Below, piece by piece: positions 51,374 through 61,413 of a DNA stretch of 64,000 bases. Source of the stretch: Calditrichia bacterium. Its GTDB lineage: Bacteria > Calditrichota > Calditrichia > RBG-13-44-9 > J075. Both the position numbers and the translations under genes were made by a program. The notes beneath the pieces were generated by a model that saw nothing but the letters and a program-made list of their open reading frames with translations, had not been told where the DNA came from and did no database searches. Location of the stretch: contig OZ245730.1 in assembly GCA_965227145.1 (NCBI GenBank), forward strand, positions 2,916,646 to 2,980,645, in the 5' to 3' direction. Positions within the stretch are counted from its first letter, which is position 1, and each line of letters begins with the position of its first letter.

Positions 51374-51478
51374 AACTCCCTCTGATTTTTTTTTAAACTG
51401 ACAGAAAAATTCGGCAGCAGCCGGTGGTTTCTTCGAAGCGAACCCATCTTGCCATATGCCAGAATCCAGAATTCAGCA

Positions 51479-52774
51479 TCAAAACCCGAACCACTGCGGC
51501 ACAGCCATGGTTAATACCGGGAAATAGGTAACGATAAACAGCACCACAATCATCGCGGCAAAAAAGGGCAGCAGCGGTTTTATCACCTGCGTGACGGTCG
51601 TTTTGGCGATGCCACAGCCGACAAACAGGCAGGTGCCAACCGGCGGCGTGCAAATCCCGATGCACAAATTCATGATCATCACAATGCCAAAGTGAATCGG
51701 GTGAACGCCGAGACTTTCCATAATCGGGAGGAAAATCGGCGTGAAAATCAGGATTGCCGGGGTCATATCCATAAACGTGCCGACGACCAGCAAAAAGATG
51801 TTGATGATCAATAAAATCATAAACTTATCATTGGTTAAACTGAGCAACCCCGAGCTGATATCCTGCGGGATATTTTCATACGCCATCGCCCAGGACATCG
51901 CCATCGATGTGCCGATGAGCAACATCACCACTGCGGTTGTAATGCCGCAGTCGAGCAAAATTTGGGGAATTTCGCTGAGCTTAACTTCTCTGTAAACGAA
52001 TACCGAGAGAATGAACGCATACACAACGGCGATGGCCGCAGCTTCGGTTGCGGTGAAAAATCCGGCAAGAATTCCGCCCAACACCAGCACCACCAAAAAC
52101 AGCGGCGGCAGCGCCACCAGAAATTTTTGCACGCTTTCCCGCAGCCCGAAAGTGACCCCTTTTCCGTAATTGCGTTTGATGGAAATGACACCGCTGACAA
52201 TCATCAACCCGATGCCCATCAAAATGCCGGGAATAAATCCGGCGAGAAAAATTGCCGCAATGGACACAGCGCCGCCGGTCGCCAGCGAATACACGATCAT
52301 CACGTTGCTCGGCGGAATGAGCAGCCCGGTTGTCGCCGCGGTGATGGTCACCGATGCGTTAAAATCGCGATCGTAGCCCTCTTTGTTCATCAGCGGAATC
52401 ATGAATCCGCCGACGCTGGAAACCGCCGCAACTGCTGAGCCGGAAATCGCGCCAAACAGCATGCAGGTCATCACGTTCACATACGACAGCCCGCCGCGAA
52501 ATCGCCCGAAAATCACGTTCGCGAAATCGATCAATCGCTGCGCGATGCCGCCGCGCCCCATCAGCAACCCGGCGAGAATGAAAAACGGGATCGCCAGCAG
52601 CGCAAAACTGTCGATGCCGGTTGCCATCGTGTGTGCCACAATTTTCAGCGCGGGCAGCCCGCCGATCGTGAGGATCGTGAACAGCGTGGATAAACCGATC
52701 GCAAAAGCGATGGGCACATTGAGCATCAGCAACACCGCAAAACTGGATACCAGAATAATCGTTGGCCAATTCAT
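51479..52774 (-). CDS. TRAP transporter large permease (DctM family)
   Basis: AIPFFILAG, FGAISGS, IPPS, TPPVG motifs. Confidence 0.95.
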   Translation of the reverse strand: MNWPTIILVSSFAVLLMLNVPIAFAIGLSTLFTILTIGGLPALKIVAHTMATGIDSFALLAIPFFILAGLLMGRGGIAQRLIDFANVIFGRFRGGLSYVNVMTCMLFGAISGSAVAAVSSVGGFMIPLMNKEGYDRDFNASVTITAATTGLLIPPSNVMIVYSLATGGAVSIAAIFLAGFIPGILMGIGLMIVSGVISIKRNYGKGVTFGLRESVQKFLVALPPLFLVVLVLGGILAGFFTATEAAAIAVVYAFILSVFVYREVKLSEIPQILLDCGITTAVVMLLIGTSMAMSWAMAYENIPQDISSGLLSLTNDKFMILLIINIFLLVVGTFMDMTPAILIFTPIFLPIMESLGVHPIHFGIVMIMNLCIGICTPPVGTCLFVGCGIAKTTVTQVIKPLLPFFAAMIVVLFIVTYFPVLTMAVPQWFGF

Positions 52775-52783
52775 ATTTGCTTC

Positions 52784-53287
52784 CTAACCCGTTTTTTTCA
52801 ATTGATTGAATTTGGTGATTGCTTCGGCGAGAATTTCGAGCCCGTACATCACGATAAAAAATCCCGAAATCGGCACCGCGAGATAGACATATCCCAATTT
52901 GATGCCGGTTGCCGGCGCGGTTTGCCCAAGTTTAAAAGTCAGTGAAACCAGTTGGATACCGCCGATCAGCAGCACCGCAACCGCAAATCCGGTGACAAAC
53001 AGCGCCGCAATTATCGCGGAAATGAGCTGCGATTTTGGGTCGAGCCGCAGCACAAAATAATCGATCCCGAGATGCGCCCGCCGCCGCAGCGCAACGCCCG
53101 CGCCGAGCAAACCCACCCAAATCAGCAGATACGTCGCCAGTTCTTCGGTCCAGTTGCTCGGATTTTTCAGCACAAAACGGGTGATCACCTGCCACACGAC
53201 ATCGAGCACCAGCAGCCCCATCACCAACGCTGTAACCGCTTCCAAACCTGTGTCCAAACTTTTTTTCAATTGTTTTAGCATGATCAC
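52784..53287 (-). CDS. TRAP transporter small permease (DctQ family)
   Basis: QVITRF, WTEEL, HLGID; four TMs. Confidence 0.93.
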   Translation of the reverse strand: MIMLKQLKKSLDTGLEAVTALVMGLLVLDVVWQVITRFVLKNPSNWTEELATYLLIWVGLLGAGVALRRRAHLGIDYFVLRLDPKSQLISAIIAALFVTGFAVAVLLIGGIQLVSLTFKLGQTAPATGIKLGYVYLAVPISGFFIVMYGLEILAEAITKFNQLKKTG

Positions 53288-54309
53288 TCCACCGCCTGAA
53301 TATCGTTTGCCAGATTGCCGATTACCGTGCCGTCAAATTCGCGCCACAGCGATTTCACGCGCTCCTGAAACGGCTGTTTATCCGGCGTGAACACCTGCAA
53401 ACCGTTTTCGGTCATTTTGCGCATGCTTTCTTCTTCAAAATCCCGCCACAGTTTCCGCTGATATTCCACCGACGCATCCGCCGCCGCGGACAGCACTTTT
53501 TTGTGCGATTCGCTCAGCCCGTTCCACATATCTGTGTTGATCAAAATGACATCCGGCACGCTCGTGTGCTCGTCCAGACTGTAAAATTTGCAAACCTCGT
53601 AATGGTTGGAAGTGAACAAACTCGGCGGATTATTTTCCGCACCATCCACAACACCCTGTTGCAGCGAGGTGTACAGTTCGCCCCAGGAAATCGGGGTTGC
53701 CGATCCGCCCAGCGCATCGATGAGCTTGATAGCCATCGGGCTTTGCTGGGTGCGAATTTTTAATCCGGTGAGATCGTCCGGTGATAAAATCGGTTTGGCG
53801 GTACTGTAAAAACTGCGCGAACCGGCGTCGTAATACGCCAGACCCTTGAGCATCAAATGCTCGCCGGAAGCCAGAATCGATTTGCCGATGTCGCCGTTGA
53901 GAATTTGCCAGCGATGGTCGTAATCGCGGAACAGATACGGCAGCGCAAAAACCTTGTATTCGTCGAGAAACGTTTCCAGCATGCTGGTGGAAACCTTGGT
54001 CATCGCGATGGCGCCGAACTGCAATTTTTCGATGGATTCTTTTTCGTTGCCCAATTGTTCGTTGGGATAAATCTCAATTTTCAGCGTCGAATCGGACATT
54101 TCCCACGCTTTTTTCGCCATAAATTCCATCGCCAGATGCACCGGATGATTCGTCGCCAAACCGTGCGCCATTTTCAATTTGACCACATTGCTTTGCTCAC
54201 CGCAACCGCTCAACATCAGAAAAAACAGCAGGTTGGAAAGCAACAGCCATCGCACCGGAAAAACCGTTTGTTGAATCGAAGCCATCGGTTGAACCTCTGT
54301 TTTGTTCAT
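53284..54309 (-). CDS. TRAP transporter substrate-binding protein (DctP family)
   Basis: YPNEQLG, GLKIR, ELYTSLQQGVVDGAEN; ATG overlaps the kduI stop (start uncertain). Confidence 0.93.
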   Translation of the reverse strand: MNKTEVQPMASIQQTVFPVRWLLLSNLLFFLMLSGCGEQSNVVKLKMAHGLATNHPVHLAMEFMAKKAWEMSDSTLKIEIYPNEQLGNEKESIEKLQFGAIAMTKVSTSMLETFLDEYKVFALPYLFRDYDHRWQILNGDIGKSILASGEHLMLKGLAYYDAGSRSFYSTAKPILSPDDLTGLKIRTQQSPMAIKLIDALGGSATPISWGELYTSLQQGVVDGAENNPPSLFTSNHYEVCKFYSLDEHTSVPDVILINTDMWNGLSESHKKVLSAAADASVEYQRKLWRDFEEESMRKMTENGLQVFTPDKQPFQERVKSLWREFDGTVIGNLANDIQAVE

Positions 54310-55136
54310 CGCAGATCGCCCAGTTCGATAAAATCCATATCGGTGAACGCCTGATTTTCGCCGCCCATGCACCAAATGAACGAATAGTTGCGCGTGCCCG
54401 CACCGGAGTGGATCGACCAGCTGGGCGAAATCACCGCATCGCCGTTGCGCAGCACGAGATGCCGCGTTTCGTCCGGTTCGCCCATAAAATGGAACACGCG
54501 GGCGGATTCCTCAACATCGAAATAGAGATACACTTCCGAACGGCGTTCGTGAGTATGCGGCGGCATGGTGTTCCAAACGTTGCCCTCCGCCAACTCTGTG
54601 ATACCCATGACAATCTGGCAACTGTCCGCAACGCCGGGGCAAATCATCTGATACAACGTGCGTTTATTGGCGTCGCTGTCGCTGCCGAGTTCAACAATGT
54701 TCGCATCTTTTTTGGTAATTTTTCGGGTGGGATACGCCGCATGCGCGGGATAACTCATCACATAAAATTTTGCCGGATTTGCGGGATCATCACTGACAAA
54801 TTGGATGGATTTGCTACCGCGCCCGATGTACAGGCAATCTTTGTTCGCCAGCGAAAAATCTGCCGAATCAACCGTAATTTTACCGCTGCCGCCAATGTTG
54901 ATCACACCGATTTCCCGCCGTTCGGCGAAATAATCCGCCCGCAACTCCGCAGCGCTGGTCAGCGACAGCGTATCACCGGCCGGCACCACCGATCCGACAA
55001 TCGTGCGATCCACATCGACGTAATGCAGCACAATTTTTCCCGGCGCAAACAAATCGTCCACGAAATACGATGCGCGAAGCTCCGCCGTGGTCATTTTTTT
55101 ACAACTGTTTTTATCCCCCAAATAGCGAATGTTCAT
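54306..55136 (-). CDS. kduI: 5-dehydro-4-deoxy-D-glucuronate isomerase
   Basis: RREIGVINIGG, WNTMPPHTHERRSEVY, SPSWSIHSG, GGENQ motifs. Confidence 0.95.
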   Translation of the reverse strand: MNIRYLGDKNSCKKMTTAELRASYFVDDLFAPGKIVLHYVDVDRTIVGSVVPAGDTLSLTSAAELRADYFAERREIGVINIGGSGKITVDSADFSLANKDCLYIGRGSKSIQFVSDDPANPAKFYVMSYPAHAAYPTRKITKKDANIVELGSDSDANKRTLYQMICPGVADSCQIVMGITELAEGNVWNTMPPHTHERRSEVYLYFDVEESARVFHFMGEPDETRHLVLRNGDAVISPSWSIHSGAGTRNYSFIWCMGGENQAFTDMDFIELGDLR

Positions 55137-55476
55137 AAAATTGCCCTTCGTTTATTGTCGCGAAAATGATTTCCATCCGTTCATTCATGTTTGTACCCGA
55201 ATTGTTCAGTCGAAGGCATATTACACGGAAATTATATCAAAATAAAGTTTTTAACTGTTAATAACTGTTAATTTTCTGCAAAACAATATCCGTAATTGTC
55301 AATTGCGTATCACTTTAAAAGCGTAGCTGTAATTACAAAATTTGTATCGCATTGCGGATTCATCCTTGCGATAAATATAAACTTTTGATAAAATCATCTG
55401 AATTGGTATATTTTCTGGCTAATTTTAAATCAATAAACTGTCTTCAACTATCAATTGGTCGTCCAGTAACTACATT

Positions 55477-56715
55477 ATGATTGATCCTCAGATTCATCAA
55501 AAATATCTCGACAAGGTTGTCAACAGCAAAGAATTTTCGAACTCGTCCATTTATCAAAATTACCTGAAATATCTGTTTGAGTCCGCCGTTCAGGAAAAGG
55601 CTTTGAAAGAAACGACCATCGCCATCGAGTTTTTCGAAAAACGCTCTGATTTTAATCCCGCATTTGATACCACTGTTCGATCGCACACCTACAAGCTGCG
55701 CAAAAAGCTGGAAACCTATTATCTCAAAGAAGGTCAGGATGACAAATTCCGGCTGCGCGTTCCCAAAGGGCATTACAAATTGACGGTTATTCCGCACAGC
55801 GAAGCCGATATTGAGAGTGAAAGCCAGCTCATCGACAAATTATTGCAGAACAAATATTACATCCTCGGGTTTGCGGCGTTGCTGCTGCTGTCGGGATTTC
55901 TGTTGTATCGCAATTCTGTGATTGAAAACAAGCTCGCGGTTTATGAAACACCCGTTGACCCGCAAAATATTTGGCACAATTATCTCAGCTCAGATTTACC
56001 GACGCTGATCGTCATCGGCGATCATTTTTTCTTTCAGGAAGAAACCGAACGATATCCGCAACTGCTGGCTATTCGTGATGGAAAAATCAACTCAAATGAG
56101 GATTTGGAGCGCTTTAAATTGCAACACCCGGAACTCAGGTTGAAACCGGCTGATGAACCTTATTTTCCATTTCACAGTGTTTGGAGCCTGCCGCCGCTGC
56201 TGTCCATGCTTCAGCAAAAAAGTAAAAAAATTGTGCTGCGCAAATCGTCATCGCTGGGCACACAGGTTTTGGATGAATACAATATTATTTATCTCGGGAG
56301 CATAAAAACGCTGTATATTTTGAACCACATGCTCATGAACACCCACATACAATACGAAATATCGCCACATAAGGTTATCCATTCACAGCCGGACACTTCC
56401 TCCGCAGAACAAATTTTTAAAACCAGCGAACACTCGCCGGGACCAAATGACGATCTTGTTATCGCGCTAAAAATTCCCGGTCCGGCAAAAAATCCGGTAT
56501 TTATTGTTGCATCGTATCATTCATTGGGAACGCCGGAAATTGCCAATTATTTGACCAATCCGGTGACGCGGCGGGAATTGGAGAAAAAATTTATCGAGAA
56601 ATTTGGCGAAGTACCGGACTTTTTCGAACTGGTTTTCCGCGTTACCGGCATCGACAAAACAGCTTATTCCACAGAGTTGCTTATTTTAGACAAACTTACC
56701 CCACCAGTTGATTAA
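55477..56715 (+). CDS. Putative membrane-anchored transcriptional regulator
   Basis: N-terminal winged-helix-like segment (KETTIAIEFF...DTTVRSHTYKLRKKLETYY...VPKGHY), one TM, extracytoplasmic domain; divergent from kduI. Confidence 0.65.
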   Translation: MIDPQIHQKYLDKVVNSKEFSNSSIYQNYLKYLFESAVQEKALKETTIAIEFFEKRSDFNPAFDTTVRSHTYKLRKKLETYYLKEGQDDKFRLRVPKGHYKLTVIPHSEADIESESQLIDKLLQNKYYILGFAALLLLSGFLLYRNSVIENKLAVYETPVDPQNIWHNYLSSDLPTLIVIGDHFFFQEETERYPQLLAIRDGKINSNEDLERFKLQHPELRLKPADEPYFPFHSVWSLPPLLSMLQQKSKKIVLRKSSSLGTQVLDEYNIIYLGSIKTLYILNHMLMNTHIQYEISPHKVIHSQPDTSSAEQIFKTSEHSPGPNDDLVIALKIPGPAKNPVFIVASYHSLGTPEIANYLTNPVTRRELEKKFIEKFGEVPDFFELVFRVTGIDKTAYSTELLILDKLTPPVD

Positions 56716-56814
56716 TCCGGTTGGACAACCGGAAATTCGCAGAGCTGATAGATCCATCGCTTGCAGCGGGTGCACTGCCAGTCGTGCAATCCATGGTAAT
56801 TGTTGAATTTTACG

Positions 56815-57591
56815 TTATCGCGCCATCCAACCGCCATCAACCAGCAAAATATGACCGTTCACATAATTGGACGCATCAGATGCGAGAAATACTGCTGCGC
56901 CTTTCAATTCATCCGGCGTGCCCCATTTTCCGGTGGGAATTCGTGCGCTGATTTCCGCGTTCCGGGTTTCATTTGCGCGCAGCGCGGCTGTGTTGTCTGT
57001 GGCAAAATATCCCGGCGCAATCGCGTTGATTTGCACATTGTATCTCGCCCATTCGTTAGCGAGCGCTTTGGTGAGTTGGGCAACGCCGCCTTTGCTGGCA
57101 GCATACGCCGGCACGGTAATCCCACCGGAAAAGCTGAGCAGCGAGGCAATATTGATAATTTTTCCGCGCTGTTTTTCAACCATAACTTTGCCGGCTTCGC
57201 GGCAGAAACGGAACAGCCCGTTTAAATTGGTATTGATTACGGTATCCCAATCCTCATCGGAATACTCAACAGCCGGTGCGCGACGAATGGTTCCGGCGTT
57301 GTTCACCAGAATATCGATGGTCCCGAATGCCGCCATCGTTGCGGCGATTGCCGATTTGATATCGCCAACATCCGCGACGTCGCATGTCAGCGGCAGCACT
57401 TTTTTGCCAAGATGTTGAACTGCTGTCACCGTTTCGTCGAGATTTTTCAAATTTGTGCTGACGGCGACGATATCTGCACCTGCTTCCGCCAAACCGATGG
57501 CCATCCCCTGCCCGAGCCCGCGGCTCGCGCCGGTGACGATGGCCACTTTGCCATCCAGCCGAAATAAATCGATAATATTTTTTTGAGTCAT
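56815..57591 (-). CDS. kduD: 2-dehydro-3-deoxy-D-gluconate 5-dehydrogenase
   Basis: TGASRGLG, NNAGTIRR, GGITVPAYAASK, TKALANEW, APGYFATDNT. Confidence 0.9.
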   Translation of the reverse strand: MTQKNIIDLFRLDGKVAIVTGASRGLGQGMAIGLAEAGADIVAVSTNLKNLDETVTAVQHLGKKVLPLTCDVADVGDIKSAIAATMAAFGTIDILVNNAGTIRRAPAVEYSDEDWDTVINTNLNGLFRFCREAGKVMVEKQRGKIINIASLLSFSGGITVPAYAASKGGVAQLTKALANEWARYNVQINAIAPGYFATDNTAALRANETRNAEISARIPTGKWGTPDELKGAAVFLASDASNYVNGHILLVDGGWMAR

Positions 57592-57635
57592 TTTTATATT
57601 CCGTTAATTTGTTATTGTTAAAATTGAGTTTCGAA

Positions 57636-58625
57636 TCATTTGTTTTTAATGGGTTTATCCAAAAAATCACTGATAATTTCAACCGTTTGGGAAAACCACG
57701 GATGAAACAGCCAGAACGGATGCGGCGTGTCCGGAAGGGTGTGCACTTCGCTGTAAATGCCGAGCAAATCGAGTTGGGCAATCATCTCGTCGCGTCCCGC
57801 GTGAAAGCGCGGAATGGCGCTGTTCACAAACAAAATCGGCGGCGACGATGCGCTGACGTATTGTAGTGGTGAGGCTTCCGTCCACAATTCCGTTTTTTCG
57901 AGATAACGTCCGCCGAACCACGCGCCCGCGGCAGAGGGATTTTTGCGCGGATCGTCCTCAAATTGACGCACGTATTCGGATGTGAAATCCACGATGCCAT
58001 CGATGTTGACCACCGCCTGCACCGCTGCGGAAAACTCCCGGTTTTCGCCGTTGCCATCGAAAATTACAATTCCGTTGGTGAAACCAACCAGCGTGGCAAG
58101 TTGCGCACCGGACGAGCAACCCAAAATGGCAATTTTTTCCGGATCGATATTTTGGTCTTTCGCGTTCGCGCGCAGCCAGCGAATTGCTGCTTTCAAATCG
58201 TGAACGGCGGCGGGATATTTCGCCTCCGGCGAGAGCCGGTATTCGACCGTTGCGGCAACAAATCCGCACGCGGCGAGTTGCTGCGCCATCGGAACGAGGT
58301 GCGATTTATCGCCGGATCGCCAGCCGCCGCCGTGCACCAGCAGAATTGCCGGATGCAGCGATTTTTCGCTTTTCGCCGGGAAAAACATGTCGAGATGCAA
58401 TTCGCGGTCACCAATGCTTCGATACACCACATCCCGTTTTTCGGCGATATTTTCCGGCAGCGAGTCCTGCACAATTTTGATGAACGGATATCGTTTTCGT
58501 TCTTTTTCGAACGCGTTGCGAACGGTGAATGAGGTATCGCGTGGCACGGAAAATCGCGTTTGGGCAGCCAATCCGCCGATCAAAAATGGCGCAACCAACA
58601 GACTGTATTTTATCAACTTGAGCAT
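57636..58625 (-). CDS. Alpha/beta hydrolase (candidate pectin acetylesterase)
   Basis: HGGGW and GCSSG motifs; signal peptide; pectin cluster context. Confidence 0.8.
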   Translation of the reverse strand: MLKLIKYSLLVAPFLIGGLAAQTRFSVPRDTSFTVRNAFEKERKRYPFIKIVQDSLPENIAEKRDVVYRSIGDRELHLDMFFPAKSEKSLHPAILLVHGGGWRSGDKSHLVPMAQQLAACGFVAATVEYRLSPEAKYPAAVHDLKAAIRWLRANAKDQNIDPEKIAILGCSSGAQLATLVGFTNGIVIFDGNGENREFSAAVQAVVNIDGIVDFTSEYVRQFEDDPRKNPSAAGAWFGGRYLEKTELWTEASPLQYVSASSPPILFVNSAIPRFHAGRDEMIAQLDLLGIYSEVHTLPDTPHPFWLFHPWFSQTVEIISDFLDKPIKNK

Positions 58626-58647
58626 AAAATTAATTGAATAGTTGTTT

Positions 58648-58715
58648 GAGATTCCGGCCTTCGCAGGAATGACAAATACATATTTTTTTGACACATCTGC
58701 GAATGCAGGTGTCTC
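58648..58715. repeat. Inverted pair of REP-like palindromes
   Basis: GAGATTCCGGCCTTCGCAGGAATGACAAA ... TTTGACACATCTGCGAATGCAGGTGTCTC. Confidence 0.55.
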
Positions 58716-58756
58716 CCGGCTCGTTTCACTTTACTTGACAAATCCATTAGCTTTTT

Positions 58757-60025
58757 TTAAAATTTCACCGTCACCGGTTGATTCAGTTTTTCCACCAGCT
58801 CATCGAGATATTTCATGAATTCTGATTCCGTGCGAATGCCATCCGGCTCCAGCTCCCACGCTGCCAGAAAATAATATTGCAGCTTCCCGCTTTTTGGTTT
58901 GAGCACCACAACTTCGCTGTGATCGTCGCTTTCAAACGACAGAAAATCCGCCTGCCGGAAGAGCACCGCCATCCCCAATTTGTCCGCGTTCAAACTTTGT
59001 TTTCCGAAAGTGGCGAGGTAGCCCCAACCGCCGGCATTCACGGATTTGTTGAGCAACCGCGTTTCGGGATGTTTGACGATGCCCGTGCACAGATTTTCCG
59101 GATTACCGGAAATGTGCACATCGTGACGGGTGAGCCGGCTGCCCGCGGTGATCGACAAATCGGATATCAGATCGTATGTTTTCCCGGCGATTTCCCAGCC
59201 GGAATACACCGTGCGAATTTGCGAATAAATCGCGCCGTTGGCGAGCACATCGCTGCGAAGGCTGTCGGTTTTCGCCACGCGATGCGCTTTGCCATCGTGC
59301 CACATGCCGATCGAACCGATGCCCAGCGATTCGCCAACTTTGAGGATGTCCATCCCCCAATCGCTCATTTCGTGATACGAATCGAAGCCGTCCAGCCCGA
59401 CGTTTTGCAGCACCATTTCCGGTGTTGTTTTGCCAAAAATGTCGGAGGCGTTGCGCCAGTCGAGATAAAAGCGATAGCCGACTTTATCCGATTCCCAGCC
59501 CGGACCCTCGTATCGGATGAAAAATGAGTGATCGGTGTGCTCCGGCGGGACGCGCAGCGATTGCACATTGCGAAATTCCCCGCCGATATATTTGCGGTTT
59601 TCGAAATGTCCGCCAAATTTATGGGCAATTTCCGCCTGCGTTCGTTTGGGATAATCGCGCATTTTTGCGCCTTTTTCCGCGAAAAACAGGGTGAGCTGAT
59701 GGCGCTGGTTTGCGGTAAAATCCGCCAGCACGGCGATTGTTTCAGGATTGCCATCGCCATCCGCATCGATTGCCTGACCGGGCAGCTCGGTTTTTCCGGC
59801 GAAAACCACAAATGCGCCGGGATTGAATGTCGGCTGCGCAGCCTTGATTTCCGCGATATCCAGATAAATCAACTCGTCCTGACGGGAAATCGCAGCGGGA
59901 TTTTCCAACGCAATGTTCACCGATCCGGGATATTCCGATCGGATTTCCGCCGTACCGGCGGATTCGCTATTGCAGCCCCAAAACAGCACCGGCAGCAGCG
60001 CAAACAGGAGTGACAACTTTTTCAT
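58757..60025 (-). CDS. DUF4861-family lipoprotein
   Basis: Lipobox WGC; EGPGWESDKVGYRFY, DIFGK, DILKVG.SLG.G motifs typical of pectin-locus DUF4861 proteins. Confidence 0.8.
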   Translation of the reverse strand: MKKLSLLFALLPVLFWGCNSESAGTAEIRSEYPGSVNIALENPAAISRQDELIYLDIAEIKAAQPTFNPGAFVVFAGKTELPGQAIDADGDGNPETIAVLADFTANQRHQLTLFFAEKGAKMRDYPKRTQAEIAHKFGGHFENRKYIGGEFRNVQSLRVPPEHTDHSFFIRYEGPGWESDKVGYRFYLDWRNASDIFGKTTPEMVLQNVGLDGFDSYHEMSDWGMDILKVGESLGIGSIGMWHDGKAHRVAKTDSLRSDVLANGAIYSQIRTVYSGWEIAGKTYDLISDLSITAGSRLTRHDVHISGNPENLCTGIVKHPETRLLNKSVNAGGWGYLATFGKQSLNADKLGMAVLFRQADFLSFESDDHSEVVVLKPKSGKLQYYFLAAWELEPDGIRTESEFMKYLDELVEKLNQPVTVKF

Positions 60026-60049
60026 AATAAATATCCTTTTATGTGGGCG

Positions 60050-61330
60050 TTATTGTTCAACTTTTGGAATAACGAACGATGCGCTAATGGAACGTTCCGT
60101 AATATATGCTGTGGATGCGATGACATCGCCGGAAACCAGCGCCATTTCTCCGGCGAGATCAGCCGGTAAAATGGCTTCCGCAGAAACAAACGTTAATCTG
60201 TTGATATCCAGAAATCGCTGTTGAAAAATGCGAAACGGCTTTCCGGCGGCATTCTCGAAAACCGGCGTGCCGCGAACACTGATGATTTCATCGAAAGTGA
60301 GAATCAGCGACGTACCGCGAATTTCCGCAGCCACAATGGTGATCGGCGCGCGGTTTTCCGGGTCCCATTTTCCGGCAAACGTCCACGCCGCTGTGATCAT
60401 CTCCGGCGACGGACTGTCCGCTGCGGCGTGCAGATTATCCGCCAGCCAGCCAAATGGTTCACCGGATTTTTGGCTGTTGTAAAAATAATTCCTGTCCGTA
60501 AAAAACGCCGGATTGTTGCGCAGCGTGTCCTCGGGATAGGTTTTTCGGAAAATCGGCTGATCCGCCATGTTTTCCGAAAAGCGGCAATCGAGCAAATAAA
60601 ACTGGGCGTCGTAATGGTGCCGCCCCAACTGAAATCCCGGCACGCCGTCAAAATCGGAATTGCGGATCACCAATTTCTGTCCGGGATCGTAACCGCCGGC
60701 GTGCCAGAGCGCTGCCGTGGCTTTCACTTCGTAAAATTGCGAATCGCGGATAAAACACCAGCCGCGCGGACAGACAAAATCCACCGCGCCCTCAAACCGG
60801 CAATTGGCGTGATAATACATCCCGTTTTTGTATTCCCACAGCGAAACCGTATCTGCACCTTTGCTGAGCACATTGCAATTTATGATGATGGTTCGCGTGC
60901 CTTTCCCGTACACCGCGAATGCGTGCGGACCGATTTCCGGCTGCGAATTTTCGATGGTGAGATTATCCAGCACCACGTCATCGCCGTGAATGTTCACGAC
61001 CGCCGGACCGATGCAATCCGTTTTCGCGTCCCAATCCGAACGCAACTGGCTGAAACGGATAATTGTGCTGTCCCGGCTTTCGCCGCGCAACGTGATATAA
61101 TTTTGGGAGATGCGGATTTTCTCCGGATACACCCCGTTTTTCACAAAAATGACCACCCGCGGATAGGAAAATGCAGCGACTTTCGTCAGCGCTTCGGTAA
61201 TCGTGCGCACATCGCCGTTGCCGGCGGCATCCACAACGAGATCCGCATGCCCGTTCGCCAGCAGCGGAATCGAAGTGAGCAAATTGAGTAAAAACAAAAA
61301 ATTACGAAAGCGGCTTTTCATAGTTTTCAT
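60050..61330 (-). CDS. Pectinesterase (CE8) family protein
   Basis: GNGDVRTITEA, GVYPEK, GADT, EGAVDFV, LGR motifs. Confidence 0.88.
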   Translation of the reverse strand: MKTMKSRFRNFLFLLNLLTSIPLLANGHADLVVDAAGNGDVRTITEALTKVAAFSYPRVVIFVKNGVYPEKIRISQNYITLRGESRDSTIIRFSQLRSDWDAKTDCIGPAVVNIHGDDVVLDNLTIENSQPEIGPHAFAVYGKGTRTIIINCNVLSKGADTVSLWEYKNGMYYHANCRFEGAVDFVCPRGWCFIRDSQFYEVKATAALWHAGGYDPGQKLVIRNSDFDGVPGFQLGRHHYDAQFYLLDCRFSENMADQPIFRKTYPEDTLRNNPAFFTDRNYFYNSQKSGEPFGWLADNLHAAADSPSPEMITAAWTFAGKWDPENRAPITIVAAEIRGTSLILTFDEIISVRGTPVFENAAGKPFRIFQQRFLDINRLTFVSAEAILPADLAGEMALVSGDVIASTAYITERSISASFVIPKVEQ

Positions 61331-61348
61331 CGCGACTGATTTTTTGTG

Positions 61349-61383
61349 AAAAAACCATACGCCCGTCGGAAACAGGCGTATGG
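61349..61383 (-). terminator. Rho-independent terminator after the pectate lyase gene
   Basis: CCATACGCC/GGCGTATGG stem followed on the minus strand by TTTTTT. Confidence 0.7.
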
Positions 61384-61413
61384 CTGTGTGAAAAATATTT
61401 TCTCAGGTTAATT

